Source: a virus (taxonomy: Duplodnaviria > Caudoviricetes). Taken from it: a stretch of 51,141 nt of DNA. Below are positions 1 through 8,222 of the stretch, piece by piece. Every line of letters begins with the position of its first letter. Positions within the stretch are counted from its first letter, which is position 1. A model generated the notes under the pieces. That model saw nothing but the letters and a program-made list of their open reading frames with translations. It did no database searches and was not told the DNA's origin. The stretch lies in the IMG/VR virus record IMGVR_UViG_3300044799_000031, positions 1 to 51,141 of that record, one strand, 5' to 3'. The position numbers and the translations under genes were made by a program.

Positions 1-127
1 ATTGGATCCCAGTTACCACAAGGACGAAGGGTACTGGAAAATCGACTTCATAGAGAAGGTTACGACGGAGGAACGTGCCCATATCGAGGAAGAGGTTCAA
101 CGTTCAAGGGAAGAGAGAGGCGGCGGT
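1..127. repeat. Direct terminal repeat, left copy (circular assembly overlap)
   Basis: Identical to 51015-51141; the ORF from 48187 reads in frame across the junction to TAG at 128-130. Confidence 0.97.
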
Positions 128-706
128 TAGGAAATCATCTATCTTGTGTATGGTTGTTCTCCAGTCCTTGAAGTCCTTCGACATAAGATGAAGAGTATCA
201 ATTCCATATCTTCTCAACCATTCGTCTTTAAGAAGGTCTCTATCTTTCTGGGTCGGTATTGCTTGATGGAAGATGCCATCAACCGATAAATGGAGCAAGT
301 TCATTGAATCAAAGAAGTCGAGTTTATAGTAATATTTTGGCCCACTCTGTGAAGGGAAAGGAAAATTATGAATGAATCGTTCTGCAACGTTAAGGTATTC
401 TAGGAATGACCACGTCAATTCTTCGAGAGTACTCCAACAATTTATAAAATAGGAACGGCTAACCATGGAACTGTACTTGATGAATGTTTTCTCCGCTTTC
501 GTAGTTCTCGGCATAGGATAATGAATGATGGCGAGAAATGATCTGTAGCCATTGAAGAGGCGCATAATGTCCTCAAAGAGTATAGGATGATCCCTTTTTA
601 CCATGGTGTAGTGTGGACTCTTAGGTCCAGGGTAAAAGTCCATGAAGACATTTTTAATTCGACTTCTTTCCATGTTAGGCAGTCTTATTCTTTCCCTCCA
701 ATTCAA
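104..706 (-). CDS. Protein with C-terminal Vsr/DUF559-like endonuclease domain
   Basis: YKLDFF...LSVDGIFH...RDLLKDEWLRRYGIDTLHL matches the DUF559 pattern (D-F...xDG-xx-H...RD..L...G). Confidence 0.7.
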   Translation of the reverse strand: MNWRERIRLPNMERSRIKNVFMDFYPGPKSPHYTMVKRDHPILFEDIMRLFNGYRSFLAIIHYPMPRTTKAEKTFIKYSSMVSRSYFINCWSTLEELTWSFLEYLNVAERFIHNFPFPSQSGPKYYYKLDFFDSMNLLHLSVDGIFHQAIPTQKDRDLLKDEWLRRYGIDTLHLMSKDFKDWRTTIHKIDDFLTAASLFP

Positions 707-1061
707 TCGTCAATGCAAGCATTTTGATGAATGCTTTGGTCTTCTCCGTTTCTCCGAGCAATGAAACGGCATACCAGAAGTCAGAGTACTCTTTCTTGGT
801 CAGTTCAAATCTAAGGTGTTTTACATTCTTATGAAAGAATTCATTACTCAAGACTCGGAATCTGGGTCCAGAAATGCCCAGTTCTCGTTTTAAAGATTCT
901 ACTAATTGAGGATGCCTCATCAAATACATGCTTACAGATGATCGAGTGATTGCTCTTCCTGTTTTATACCTGATTGCTCGGGTTAGACGAGAAGGAGACA
1001 TGGTTTTAAACTCACGTATTAGGAGAGGAAGGTCGTGAGAAACTTGGTATGGTTTACTCAT
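675..1061 (-). CDS. Putative DNA-binding regulator (HTH-like N-terminus, RHH-like C-terminus)
   Basis: SPSRLTRAIRYKTGRAITRSSVSMYL helix pattern; VKHLRFELTKKEYSDF strand-helix pattern. Confidence 0.5.
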   Translation of the reverse strand: MSKPYQVSHDLPLLIREFKTMSPSRLTRAIRYKTGRAITRSSVSMYLMRHPQLVESLKRELGISGPRFRVLSNEFFHKNVKHLRFELTKKEYSDFWYAVSLLGETEKTKAFIKMLALTIELEGKNKTA

Positions 1062-1215
1062 TTAGACCCTCAATCAATTTCTTTAGAACGTCCTTGTCTA
1101 GCCTAAGGATTCTTTTCAGAGAAATTTGAATATATGTATTAAGACGCTTCTTTTTCGCCATTAATTTGAGCAACAACCAAACGTTAGAATCTATTTCTAT
1201 GATATGTTTGGTCAA
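1054..1215 (-). CDS. Small RHH-like protein (53 aa, absent from ORF track)
   Basis: TTG start preceded by GGGTGTCTG; MTKHIIEIDSNVWLLLKLMAKKKRLN...; stop overlaps the start of 675..1061. Confidence 0.55.
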   Translation of the reverse strand: MTKHIIEIDSNVWLLLKLMAKKKRLNTYIQISLKRILRLDKDVLKKLIEGLNE

Positions 1216-1326
1216 CGAACAGACACCCATTGCACTATTTGTGCGATCTAATATAAAAGAGTTATGTTATGCTAAAGATTATAAATTCGGCGACCATAGT
1301 ATATTTCGTCTAAGAGTCTGCCATAG

Positions 1327-2499
1327 GTGACAATATTGTCTGTTTGTGAGTCCAACGGGTGTAAACCAGACACCCAATCGAATTCTCTGTTTAAGCATCC
1401 GTTGGTGCAGACTCTTTTAGATCAATTACCCATTCCGACCATTAGCACTCCATTTAAAATCGAGATGCCTATAGCGAAGAGTTTCCATGAGAAAGGAAAG
1501 TTTATCGTTGCTGGTTACGCCTCGGTAGAGGTCATCGACTCCCAGAATGAAATGATTCCACTTCCTGTTCTAAAGGATGCTTGGATACGGTTCCGGAAGA
1601 ACGAGGACTTCAAGATTGGAAGTCTCATGCATACCAATATACCGATCATTAAAATCCTTGACGAGTACCGTGACTCAAAAGGTCAACTTTGGAAGAGTGG
1701 GGTTGATGAGACCGGTCTCTTCATTGTTGCCGAGGTAAGAGACGACATTGAAATGGGTAAGAAGACGATTGTGCTCATTGAGAAAGGCGACTTAACCGGG
1801 TTTAGCATTGGAGGAGAGGCCTTGGCTAGTTCGGTAATATGTGAGGGTCGATGTTATACTCGCATCGATAAGATGGAACTCCACGAGATCGCCGTAGTTG
1901 ATAGGCCAGCCAATCAACCATCGGTCTTCACGATTGTTAAATCGGAGAGGTTAAAGAAGTTGGTCGAGTTAACCGACGTCTTGCCTAATCTCATCATTAG
2001 TCCGGGCGTCGCTCGACTTGGTGGGAGCGTTGCTGAATTAGGTGAAGGCCATGACTTTGACGTAATTATATCGGCGACTAAAGGATCCTTCGTTGATCGT
2101 GCCATTCAGACGAGAATATTCAACGAACTTAGGAAGATTGGTCGAGAGGACATTTGGAAAAGTATTCACATCACCCACGAACCTGAAGGTCTGGGACCCT
2201 TTACCGACTTTGTTAATTTGTACGATCTTGTGCTGCTCCGTTCTCCAATGGAAAAGAAAAGCATGGTTCTTAAAGGCGGAGAATCATTAGAGCAACTCAT
2301 GGAGGAGTTTGACCTTAACACTGATTCGATTGAACAGGTTAAGGAACTTTTTTGGGAGGATGTTGAGAAGGGTTCAACCCTCATTCTCGCTTCGATCCAT
2401 AAACTGGATGAGGCAATGACGACCTTAACGAAGAATAATTCAGACAAATTAATAATGGACTCGATCCAGAAGTTGGACGGGGTCCTATCCAAGTTATGA
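1327..2499 (+). CDS. HK97-type prohead protease fused to a nucleotidyltransferase-like domain
   Basis: IVAGYASVEVIDSQNE, LMH, LTGFSIGG, LHEIAVVDRPANQ; then RLGGSVAELGEGHDFDVII (GS..DxD). Start may be TTG 1336 after GGTGA. Confidence 0.88.
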   Translation: MTILSVCESNGCKPDTQSNSLFKHPLVQTLLDQLPIPTISTPFKIEMPIAKSFHEKGKFIVAGYASVEVIDSQNEMIPLPVLKDAWIRFRKNEDFKIGSLMHTNIPIIKILDEYRDSKGQLWKSGVDETGLFIVAEVRDDIEMGKKTIVLIEKGDLTGFSIGGEALASSVICEGRCYTRIDKMELHEIAVVDRPANQPSVFTIVKSERLKKLVELTDVLPNLIISPGVARLGGSVAELGEGHDFDVIISATKGSFVDRAIQTRIFNELRKIGREDIWKSIHITHEPEGLGPFTDFVNLYDLVLLRSPMEKKSMVLKGGESLEQLMEEFDLNTDSIEQVKELFWEDVEKGSTLILASIHKLDEAMTTLTKNNSDKLIMDSIQKLDGVLSKL

Positions 2500-2531
2500 G
2501 AAATCAAACTATAAATAAATGGTGAATAATA

Positions 2532-3101
2532 TTGCCAGACAACGAAAAGAAACCTGAAGAGAAGCAGAAACCAGACGAGAAGAAACCGGAAGAGATTAAA
2601 CCGGAAAAGAAAGCAGACTCATCCCCTCAATGGGCGGTTGAACTGTCCGCCAAGATAGACAAACTAGCCGATTCACTAAAGACATTCGCCGAGAAGATTC
2701 CTCCGGAAGAGAAGAAACCAGAGGAAAAGAAAGCAGACAAGCAACCAGAACCAGATAAGTATCCTAAACCGGAACAGAAGGCCGTACCTTGCGGAGAAGT
2801 TCCTCCAGAGAAGAAAGAAGGTTATCCTGCCGCACCAGAGAAATATCCATATGAACCAGGCGCCAAGAAAACAGACGGACAACCAGAGAAATATCCGTAT
2901 GGTCAACAGGATCTCAATAAGATGGTCGAGACAGCCATCGAGAATGCCATGAAGAAGAGGTTCGTGGAGATTCCAATCGAGAAGAGAGGACTCGTAGGAC
3001 CTCAAGGAGACCAGTCTGAAGAGATTGATCTCACGCTTGAACACGTCCATCAAATGTCCTGGGAAGACGTTCATATTCTCGCCAAAAGGCTGGGAGCCTA
3101 A
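2532..3101 (+). CDS. Capsid scaffolding protein
   Basis: Between protease and major capsid gene; low-complexity K/E/P-rich with KYPY-like repeats. Confidence 0.7.
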   Translation: MPDNEKKPEEKQKPDEKKPEEIKPEKKADSSPQWAVELSAKIDKLADSLKTFAEKIPPEEKKPEEKKADKQPEPDKYPKPEQKAVPCGEVPPEKKEGYPAAPEKYPYEPGAKKTDGQPEKYPYGQQDLNKMVETAIENAMKKRFVEIPIEKRGLVGPQGDQSEEIDLTLEHVHQMSWEDVHILAKRLGA

Positions 3102-4243
3102 TGAAACCGACAATCGACGAACTGATGCTTAAGTACTATGGTCCTAGCAAAATGATCCGTAAAGCGGCCGTAGTCTCAGAGACTGCAGGTTCAGGAACCT
3201 ACTGGGAACCACTCTACGGAAAGAAAGCGTGGAGTCAGTTGAACCTTGAACCAAACATCTTCGCCGTCATACCCAAAGAACCCTTTATGAAGACCGGTTT
3301 CAGACTTTTGACCGCTCGAGCGCACTCAAGTGGCGGAGGCATAGCAGAAAGCACAACCGGAGGAGCAGTACCTTCTCCACAGAAACTGACATTCAAACAG
3401 GTAAGCGCTAAACCAAAGACAATCGCTCACACATTCGACCTTGGTGAACTAGCAGAGTACCTCGGTTCAATCGACGATGCCATAGAACTTCTTCCGACAT
3501 ACCGACAGGAGATTGGTGATGAACATATCTTCTGCATCAACAAGATGCTCGGTGCTAAAGCAGAGGACGGAGCAGCCGGGGACAACATGGAATCAGTGGA
3601 CCGTATCATCTCATCCTATGCAGAGAGAAATGGAAACTCAGAATTTGCCTCAGGCGAAGCGGATATCTATGGACTAGATCGAGACGCGGATTCAGCGGTT
3701 ACAGCAGTCACATCGGCGCACGTGGTCGAAAACGATGGCGTCGACAGGGATCTAACCCTGACGTTGATTGATACCGTTCTTCAGTACATCTGGGAAGGAT
3801 CAACATCTCCAGGCGGATACACAATTGAAGGTGGAGGAAAACCAAAGGTCGTCATGACCAAGACAAACACTCTCATGCGATGGCAGCAACTACTTGAAGC
3901 AGAAAGACGATTCATGGACACTGCGAGAATAGTTCCAACATTTGGAGGAGTACGAGGACCAGCGCCGGGAATCGAGACGGGATTCATGGTCTCGACCTAC
4001 TTCGGCATTCCAATCATACCGAGTCAACACGTGAACAACCGCGACACGATAGGCGGAATATACTTCTTGGACACGGACTTCCTCAAGGTCGCCGTCGCTA
4101 AACCGACAACCTACTCTGAGACCGGACGCTCGGAAGGATACCTCTACAGAGGTTACTTTGCAATTGAAGGCATGTACGAGACAATGGCCGAACTGCGCTC
4201 ATACAGGTTCTCTTGTCACGGCAAACTGGTAGATCTCAAGTAG
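3101..4243 (+). CDS. Major capsid protein (HK97 fold)
   Basis: Position and size; YGKKAWSQLNLEPNIFAVIPKEP, STYFGIPIIPS, IYFLDTDFL, C-terminal HGKLVDLK typical of archaeal tailed-virus capsid proteins. Confidence 0.88.
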   Translation: MKPTIDELMLKYYGPSKMIRKAAVVSETAGSGTYWEPLYGKKAWSQLNLEPNIFAVIPKEPFMKTGFRLLTARAHSSGGGIAESTTGGAVPSPQKLTFKQVSAKPKTIAHTFDLGELAEYLGSIDDAIELLPTYRQEIGDEHIFCINKMLGAKAEDGAAGDNMESVDRIISSYAERNGNSEFASGEADIYGLDRDADSAVTAVTSAHVVENDGVDRDLTLTLIDTVLQYIWEGSTSPGGYTIEGGGKPKVVMTKTNTLMRWQQLLEAERRFMDTARIVPTFGGVRGPAPGIETGFMVSTYFGIPIIPSQHVNNRDTIGGIYFLDTDFLKVAVAKPTTYSETGRSEGYLYRGYFAIEGMYETMAELRSYRFSCHGKLVDLK

Positions 4244-4262
4244 CATTCTTTAAATAGGATGC
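4243..4262 (+). promoter_or_regulatory. TATA-like TTTAAATA within an inverted repeat
   Basis: GCATTCT-TTAAAT-AGGATGC immediately after the capsid stop codon. Confidence 0.4.
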
Positions 4263-4324
4263 ATCTATTCTATTTTGTCCGTCCAGTTTATTTTAGTCTG
4301 GACATACCGTCTTGAAGGCATAAC

Positions 4325-4690
4325 ATGAGTTTAAGTCTAAGGTTAAATCCGGATACTCTTCCGAGGCAAAGTAAAACGGTTCTAGATGTTCCTATGGAAT
4401 GTTTAGTCGGGAGACACAAGGCCTTAGATTTTCAGTATAATTCGGTTTATGGGGTTCCAATAATCAGATGCCGGGCGTGCGGAGCAAATTTGTCTAGACA
4501 AATTTTAGAAGGAGTGAAGTCCAGAACGGAACTTAGGGAAGTGGAGAAGAAGGCCAGAACTCGTAGAAGTACTCCATCTGAGTCCCTCGACAGACTTGCT
4601 ATGACCCACGACGAGGATAAAATTAGGGATCCTATTCTACGTTCTTTAGTTGAGGCGAGGGTCAAGCAATTAGAGGAGAATAGACAGTGA
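4325..4690 (+). CDS. Zn-finger protein, function unknown
   Basis: CLVGRH...CRACG. Confidence 0.6.
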   Translation: MSLSLRLNPDTLPRQSKTVLDVPMECLVGRHKALDFQYNSVYGVPIIRCRACGANLSRQILEGVKSRTELREVEKKARTRRSTPSESLDRLAMTHDEDKIRDPILRSLVEARVKQLEENRQ

Positions 4691-4734
4691 CAAGCGTCAC
4701 ACCAGCAAGACTGGTTTCAAACGCGGTCCTCTTT

Positions 4735-4761
4735 CCGGACCAAACTTTAAATAGTGTCCGG
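4735..4761 (+). promoter_or_regulatory. TATA-like TTTAAATA within an inverted repeat
   Basis: CCGGAC..ACT-TTAAAT-AGT-GTCCGG upstream of 4813. Confidence 0.4.
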
Positions 4762-4812
4762 TTCAGAGGTGTAAAGTGTTTAGCGATAAAGCATGAAGGA
4801 GGGTAGAAAAGG

Positions 4813-5790
4813 ATGGGACATGACAAAATTATAAAGGTCTGCTCGAAAGGAAAGTACTTTGATACTCTAGTCAGAAGTTTTGCTATGGCTGCGTATGGTT
4901 CACAGTTCTTCGTTGACAGAAACACTCCGGGTGTTGATACCCAAGATGGAGAGAGTTGGGATACACCGTTACTCACTCTTACTAAAGCAGTTGAAAAGTG
5001 CACGGCCAATAAGGGCGACGTCATATTCTGGAGAGGAAGAGTCACGACTGGTCAACAGTTGCTCACTCAACAGATCATCAACAAGAATGGCATTCACTTG
5101 TTCGGCATGGGTTGGCTCTTCGGAAAAGGAGGAGGTTACAACTCCTGCTTCGTAAGTCCTCAAACCGCACTGGGTTCAGACAACTTTGCCGCCACAATCT
5201 GCGAGAAGGGAGGACTAGAACTCTTTGCCCATGGCATTGAAGTCGCTGGTCTGAAGTTCTACGCTCCAGACGTTGCTCAACTTCAAGGCCACATAGTCTC
5301 AGGTAAGGACACCGGTTCACCGTTCCAGGGCATATCGATCCACGACAACGACTTCCAAGGCGACGTCAATGGGTCGGGAGAGCAAAGTGGAGTCTTCCTC
5401 GAATCTCAGGAAGGTCTGTACTTTGGTTTCAACAACCTCTATTACACCGAATATGGAGTATGCCTCAGATCCGGCGGATCAGACTATTCAACAGGAGCAT
5501 TGATTGAAGAGAACGTCTTTAGAGGAAACAAATACGGACTAAGAATTGCCGTTGACGCATGTCTGAATTTGATTAGGAAGAATAGACATCTCGTGGAGGG
5601 CGCTCTAGGACGCGGATGGGCAATGACTCAAGGAGTACTTGTCGACATCGGAGGCAACGATAACGACTTCGAGGATCTTGAGATCTATCACGCGACTAAA
5701 AACACTGCCATAACCAACAACGGAACGGCCAATGTCTTCAGACGATGCTACTATGACGTCACGAGCGGAGCAGGAACTTTATTCACTTAG
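4813..5790 (+). CDS. Right-handed beta-helix virion protein (head fibre or spike)
   Basis: FFVD...DGESWDTPLLTLTKAVEKCTANKGDVI N-terminal motif plus repeated I-x-x-N-x-F strands. Confidence 0.72.
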   Translation: MGHDKIIKVCSKGKYFDTLVRSFAMAAYGSQFFVDRNTPGVDTQDGESWDTPLLTLTKAVEKCTANKGDVIFWRGRVTTGQQLLTQQIINKNGIHLFGMGWLFGKGGGYNSCFVSPQTALGSDNFAATICEKGGLELFAHGIEVAGLKFYAPDVAQLQGHIVSGKDTGSPFQGISIHDNDFQGDVNGSGEQSGVFLESQEGLYFGFNNLYYTEYGVCLRSGGSDYSTGALIEENVFRGNKYGLRIAVDACLNLIRKNRHLVEGALGRGWAMTQGVLVDIGGNDNDFEDLEIYHATKNTAITNNGTANVFRRCYYDVTSGAGTLFT

Positions 5791-5898
5791 TAGGGTTTTA
5801 TAGACTACTTCTCCCAGACCGGGGGAGGCTAATCTTCCGGTCACTTAAAGGAATCAATAAATACAAGAAGGAGAAATAAGGATTAAAGGAGGTTTGGC

Positions 5899-6159
5899 AT
5901 GACTCTGACGGTGTCTTTCGAACGAATAACTCCAATAGGATCCGTGAGGAAACTCTACCTCAAGATAGTGGACGCTGGACCATCCGGGGGAGCAGTCGAC
6001 TTATCAAGTTGGTTGAGTCACATTCTCTGGGCGAATGCCGTGGATATAACCAACGGCGGTAAGGTGACGACTATTTGGACGGACGGAAATGAGACCATTA
6101 CCTTGGGTAACGCTGGTTCTAATGGGGCAACCGTTAAACTCGTCGTGGAAGGTTTCTAG
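5899..6159 (+). CDS. Small virion protein (decoration-like), paralog of next gene
   Basis: GGAGG RBS; beta-rich; ends TVKLVVEGF. Confidence 0.6.
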   Translation: MTLTVSFERITPIGSVRKLYLKIVDAGPSGGAVDLSSWLSHILWANAVDITNGGKVTTIWTDGNETITLGNAGSNGATVKLVVEGF

Positions 6160-6417
6160 ATGTTCAAGGTTCAAGACGATCTTAGGTCGGTACAGATTGC
6201 TCCGTACCTGAAGATGGCGGTCTATCAGATAGTCTACCAGGGACCGGATGAAGGAGTAGTCAAGACCGACTTTACCGTCTTCTTCGCTTTAGCGGTTAAT
6301 ATGGAGACCGGTCTTCCTGTTCGAGCAAGATGGGAAAAAGGTGGATCCTGTGTTCAGGTTGGACCATTTGGAAAAGGGGAAAAGGGTATAGTAAAACTGA
6401 GAGTGGAAGGATGGTAG
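6160..6417 (+). CDS. Small virion protein, paralog of previous gene
   Basis: Ends IVKLRVEGW; abuts previous stop. Confidence 0.6.
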   Translation: MFKVQDDLRSVQIAPYLKMAVYQIVYQGPDEGVVKTDFTVFFALAVNMETGLPVRARWEKGGSCVQVGPFGKGEKGIVKLRVEGW

Positions 6418-6605
6418 AAGATAAGGATTGCGCGGTCGGTCTAATCAATCTAATCGACAAACCTAAGGAGTGGAGTCAAGCGGTCACGAAAGAACTGATC
6501 GAGCAAAGCAATAAAATTAAGATCCTTCAGTTGGAGTGCGCGGCGACGATTGGTCTCGTCATGACCGTTCTCGCATTAATATTCAAAATGGCACTAGGAG
6601 GATAA
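6411..6605 (+). CDS. Small protein with C-terminal membrane helix
   Basis: ATG 6411 in the 6330 frame; AATIGLVMTVLALIF. Confidence 0.55.
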   Translation: MVEDKDCAVGLINLIDKPKEWSQAVTKELIEQSNKIKILQLECAATIGLVMTVLALIFKMALGG

Positions 6606-6609
6606 TTTA

Positions 6610-6936
6610 TTGCGGGAGAGTTACTATCAAAAAAATAAATCATGGTTATGTGCAAGGCAAAGAATTTTAAATAGACGACATCGTGCTAAAGTAAAAACTG
6701 AATTATTTGGGGTGCTTGGAGGAGAATGTGCTATATGTGGTTTTACTGATATTCGCGCATTACAAATTGATCACATTAATGGCGGTGGTAAAAAAGAGAA
6801 ATATCGTTTGCATGGACGTCAAATGTTGTATTTTAGCATTCTAGAAAAAATAAAGATTGGGTCCAAGGAATATCAAATACTTTGTGCTAATTGTAATTGG
6901 ATTAAACGAGTTGAGATGAACGAAGTAGGAGGTTGA
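6610..6936 (+). CDS. HNH-type endonuclease, probably a mobile insertion
   Basis: CAICG...LQIDHINGGG...YQILCANCNWIK; visibly more AT-rich than flanks. Confidence 0.8.
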   Translation: MRESYYQKNKSWLCARQRILNRRHRAKVKTELFGVLGGECAICGFTDIRALQIDHINGGGKKEKYRLHGRQMLYFSILEKIKIGSKEYQILCANCNWIKRVEMNEVGG

Positions 6937-6940
6937 CAAG

Positions 6941-7111
6941 ATGGTTTTAAACGTCGAAGTTGCCGCCAATAAATTCGCCGACAATCTCGCCGACGACGCT
7001 CTGGCCACCGCCATTGAAGCATGGTTAGATGGTTTGAGCATAACAACAATTTACAACTGCACCATAGTTCACTATCAAGGTTTCTGGAGAGCGGTAGTCG
7101 TTTACGTTTAG
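6941..7111 (+). CDS. Small hypothetical virion protein (56 aa, absent from ORF track)
   Basis: GGAGG RBS; MVLNVEVAANKFADNLADDALATAIEAWLDGLSITTIYN...; fills the gap. Confidence 0.65.
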   Translation: MVLNVEVAANKFADNLADDALATAIEAWLDGLSITTIYNCTIVHYQGFWRAVVVYV

Positions 7112-7119
7112 GTGATTGA

Positions 7120-7854
7120 ATGGTCTACTCGCCAAAGTATACGTCCCAGACAAAGGTTCAAGGCTTAACCCAGTTTGCAGCGGGTTCAACTTCCAAACCT
7201 ACTGTAACCGAGGTTCTTCAATGGATCCAAGAGGTTGAAGCGGACGCTGACGAACGAAGTCTGTACACTTATGCTGTAACCGATGAAGTCATGGACATAC
7301 CCGGTAAACTCGACTATCCCGCCAAGAACACTCTCGCTTGGGTCGAGGCTCTCGCCGGATTCGCCTATTCAGAGGTCAGCAATAAGATACTTATGCCTCC
7401 GAGGACGCCGATAGTCTCCGTAACTGCTCTTAGCAGGAGAACGACTTCTCTGACGGAGACTCCAGTATGGGAGTTACTCACGGAGGGTCCAAGTTCGACA
7501 GGTTCTTTCATGCTGCTCAAGAGGAGGACGAAGACCAATCAGTACCTTGCCTTCGCCATATTCTTCTACCAGAATGAACCCGATGCTGGTCTAGGGAGAG
7601 TTAAGATGACGTACAACTATGGTTGGAACCTAGGCGTAGACATCATCGGAGAATGGTGCACGCTAAAGGTCGCTATAAAAGTTCTCGATGTGCTGGTTAG
7701 GACCAATACGCCATATGGGTCGTCCGACTATGGTCTAACGGATCTTCGCATCGGTTTGGATCTCAAGAAGAGTATAGCGACTATTACCGATAGGATCTCT
7801 GAACTTGAACTGGAGTATTTTCCCGTCCAGAAACTCGCGTTTAGTTTCATCTAA
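7120..7854 (+). CDS. Head-tail adaptor protein
   Basis: KYTSQTKV..., PIVSVTAL, VKMTYNYGW pattern and position after head genes. Confidence 0.7.
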   Translation: MVYSPKYTSQTKVQGLTQFAAGSTSKPTVTEVLQWIQEVEADADERSLYTYAVTDEVMDIPGKLDYPAKNTLAWVEALAGFAYSEVSNKILMPPRTPIVSVTALSRRTTSLTETPVWELLTEGPSSTGSFMLLKRRTKTNQYLAFAIFFYQNEPDAGLGRVKMTYNYGWNLGVDIIGEWCTLKVAIKVLDVLVRTNTPYGSSDYGLTDLRIGLDLKKSIATITDRISELELEYFPVQKLAFSFI

Positions 7855-7863
7855 GGTGAGTTA

Positions 7864-8211
7864 ATGGGTTACTTCGACGATTTGCTTGCAAAAGAAGGAG
7901 AAACCATTCAAAGGTACGAAGTAAACTTCTCAGCGAGAAACCCTCCGACTAATCGGGCGTTTGTGTCTTGGAAGGATGCCGTAGACGTCTCCGTCGTCGT
8001 TAGGGGAGTACCCGCCGTTACCGAGACGAGGAAAGAAGGAACGCATTTTCTCAATCAGATTCTCGTTTTAACGATCAACATGTTGACAGTCAATGACGTG
8101 ATTAAGTGGGAGGACTCTTATTTCACAGTCCTCAATGTGGAAAAAGTTTATTTAAAAGGAACCCTCCAATACTACAGATGCGTTTGTCAGGAGAATCTCA
8201 CTTTTCCCTAG
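7864..8211 (+). CDS. Head closure (stopper) protein
   Basis: NDVIKWEDSYFTVLNVE beta pattern; synteny. Confidence 0.6.
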   Translation: MGYFDDLLAKEGETIQRYEVNFSARNPPTNRAFVSWKDAVDVSVVVRGVPAVTETRKEGTHFLNQILVLTINMLTVNDVIKWEDSYFTVLNVEKVYLKGTLQYYRCVCQENLTFP

Positions 8212-8222
8212 GTGTAGAGCAA

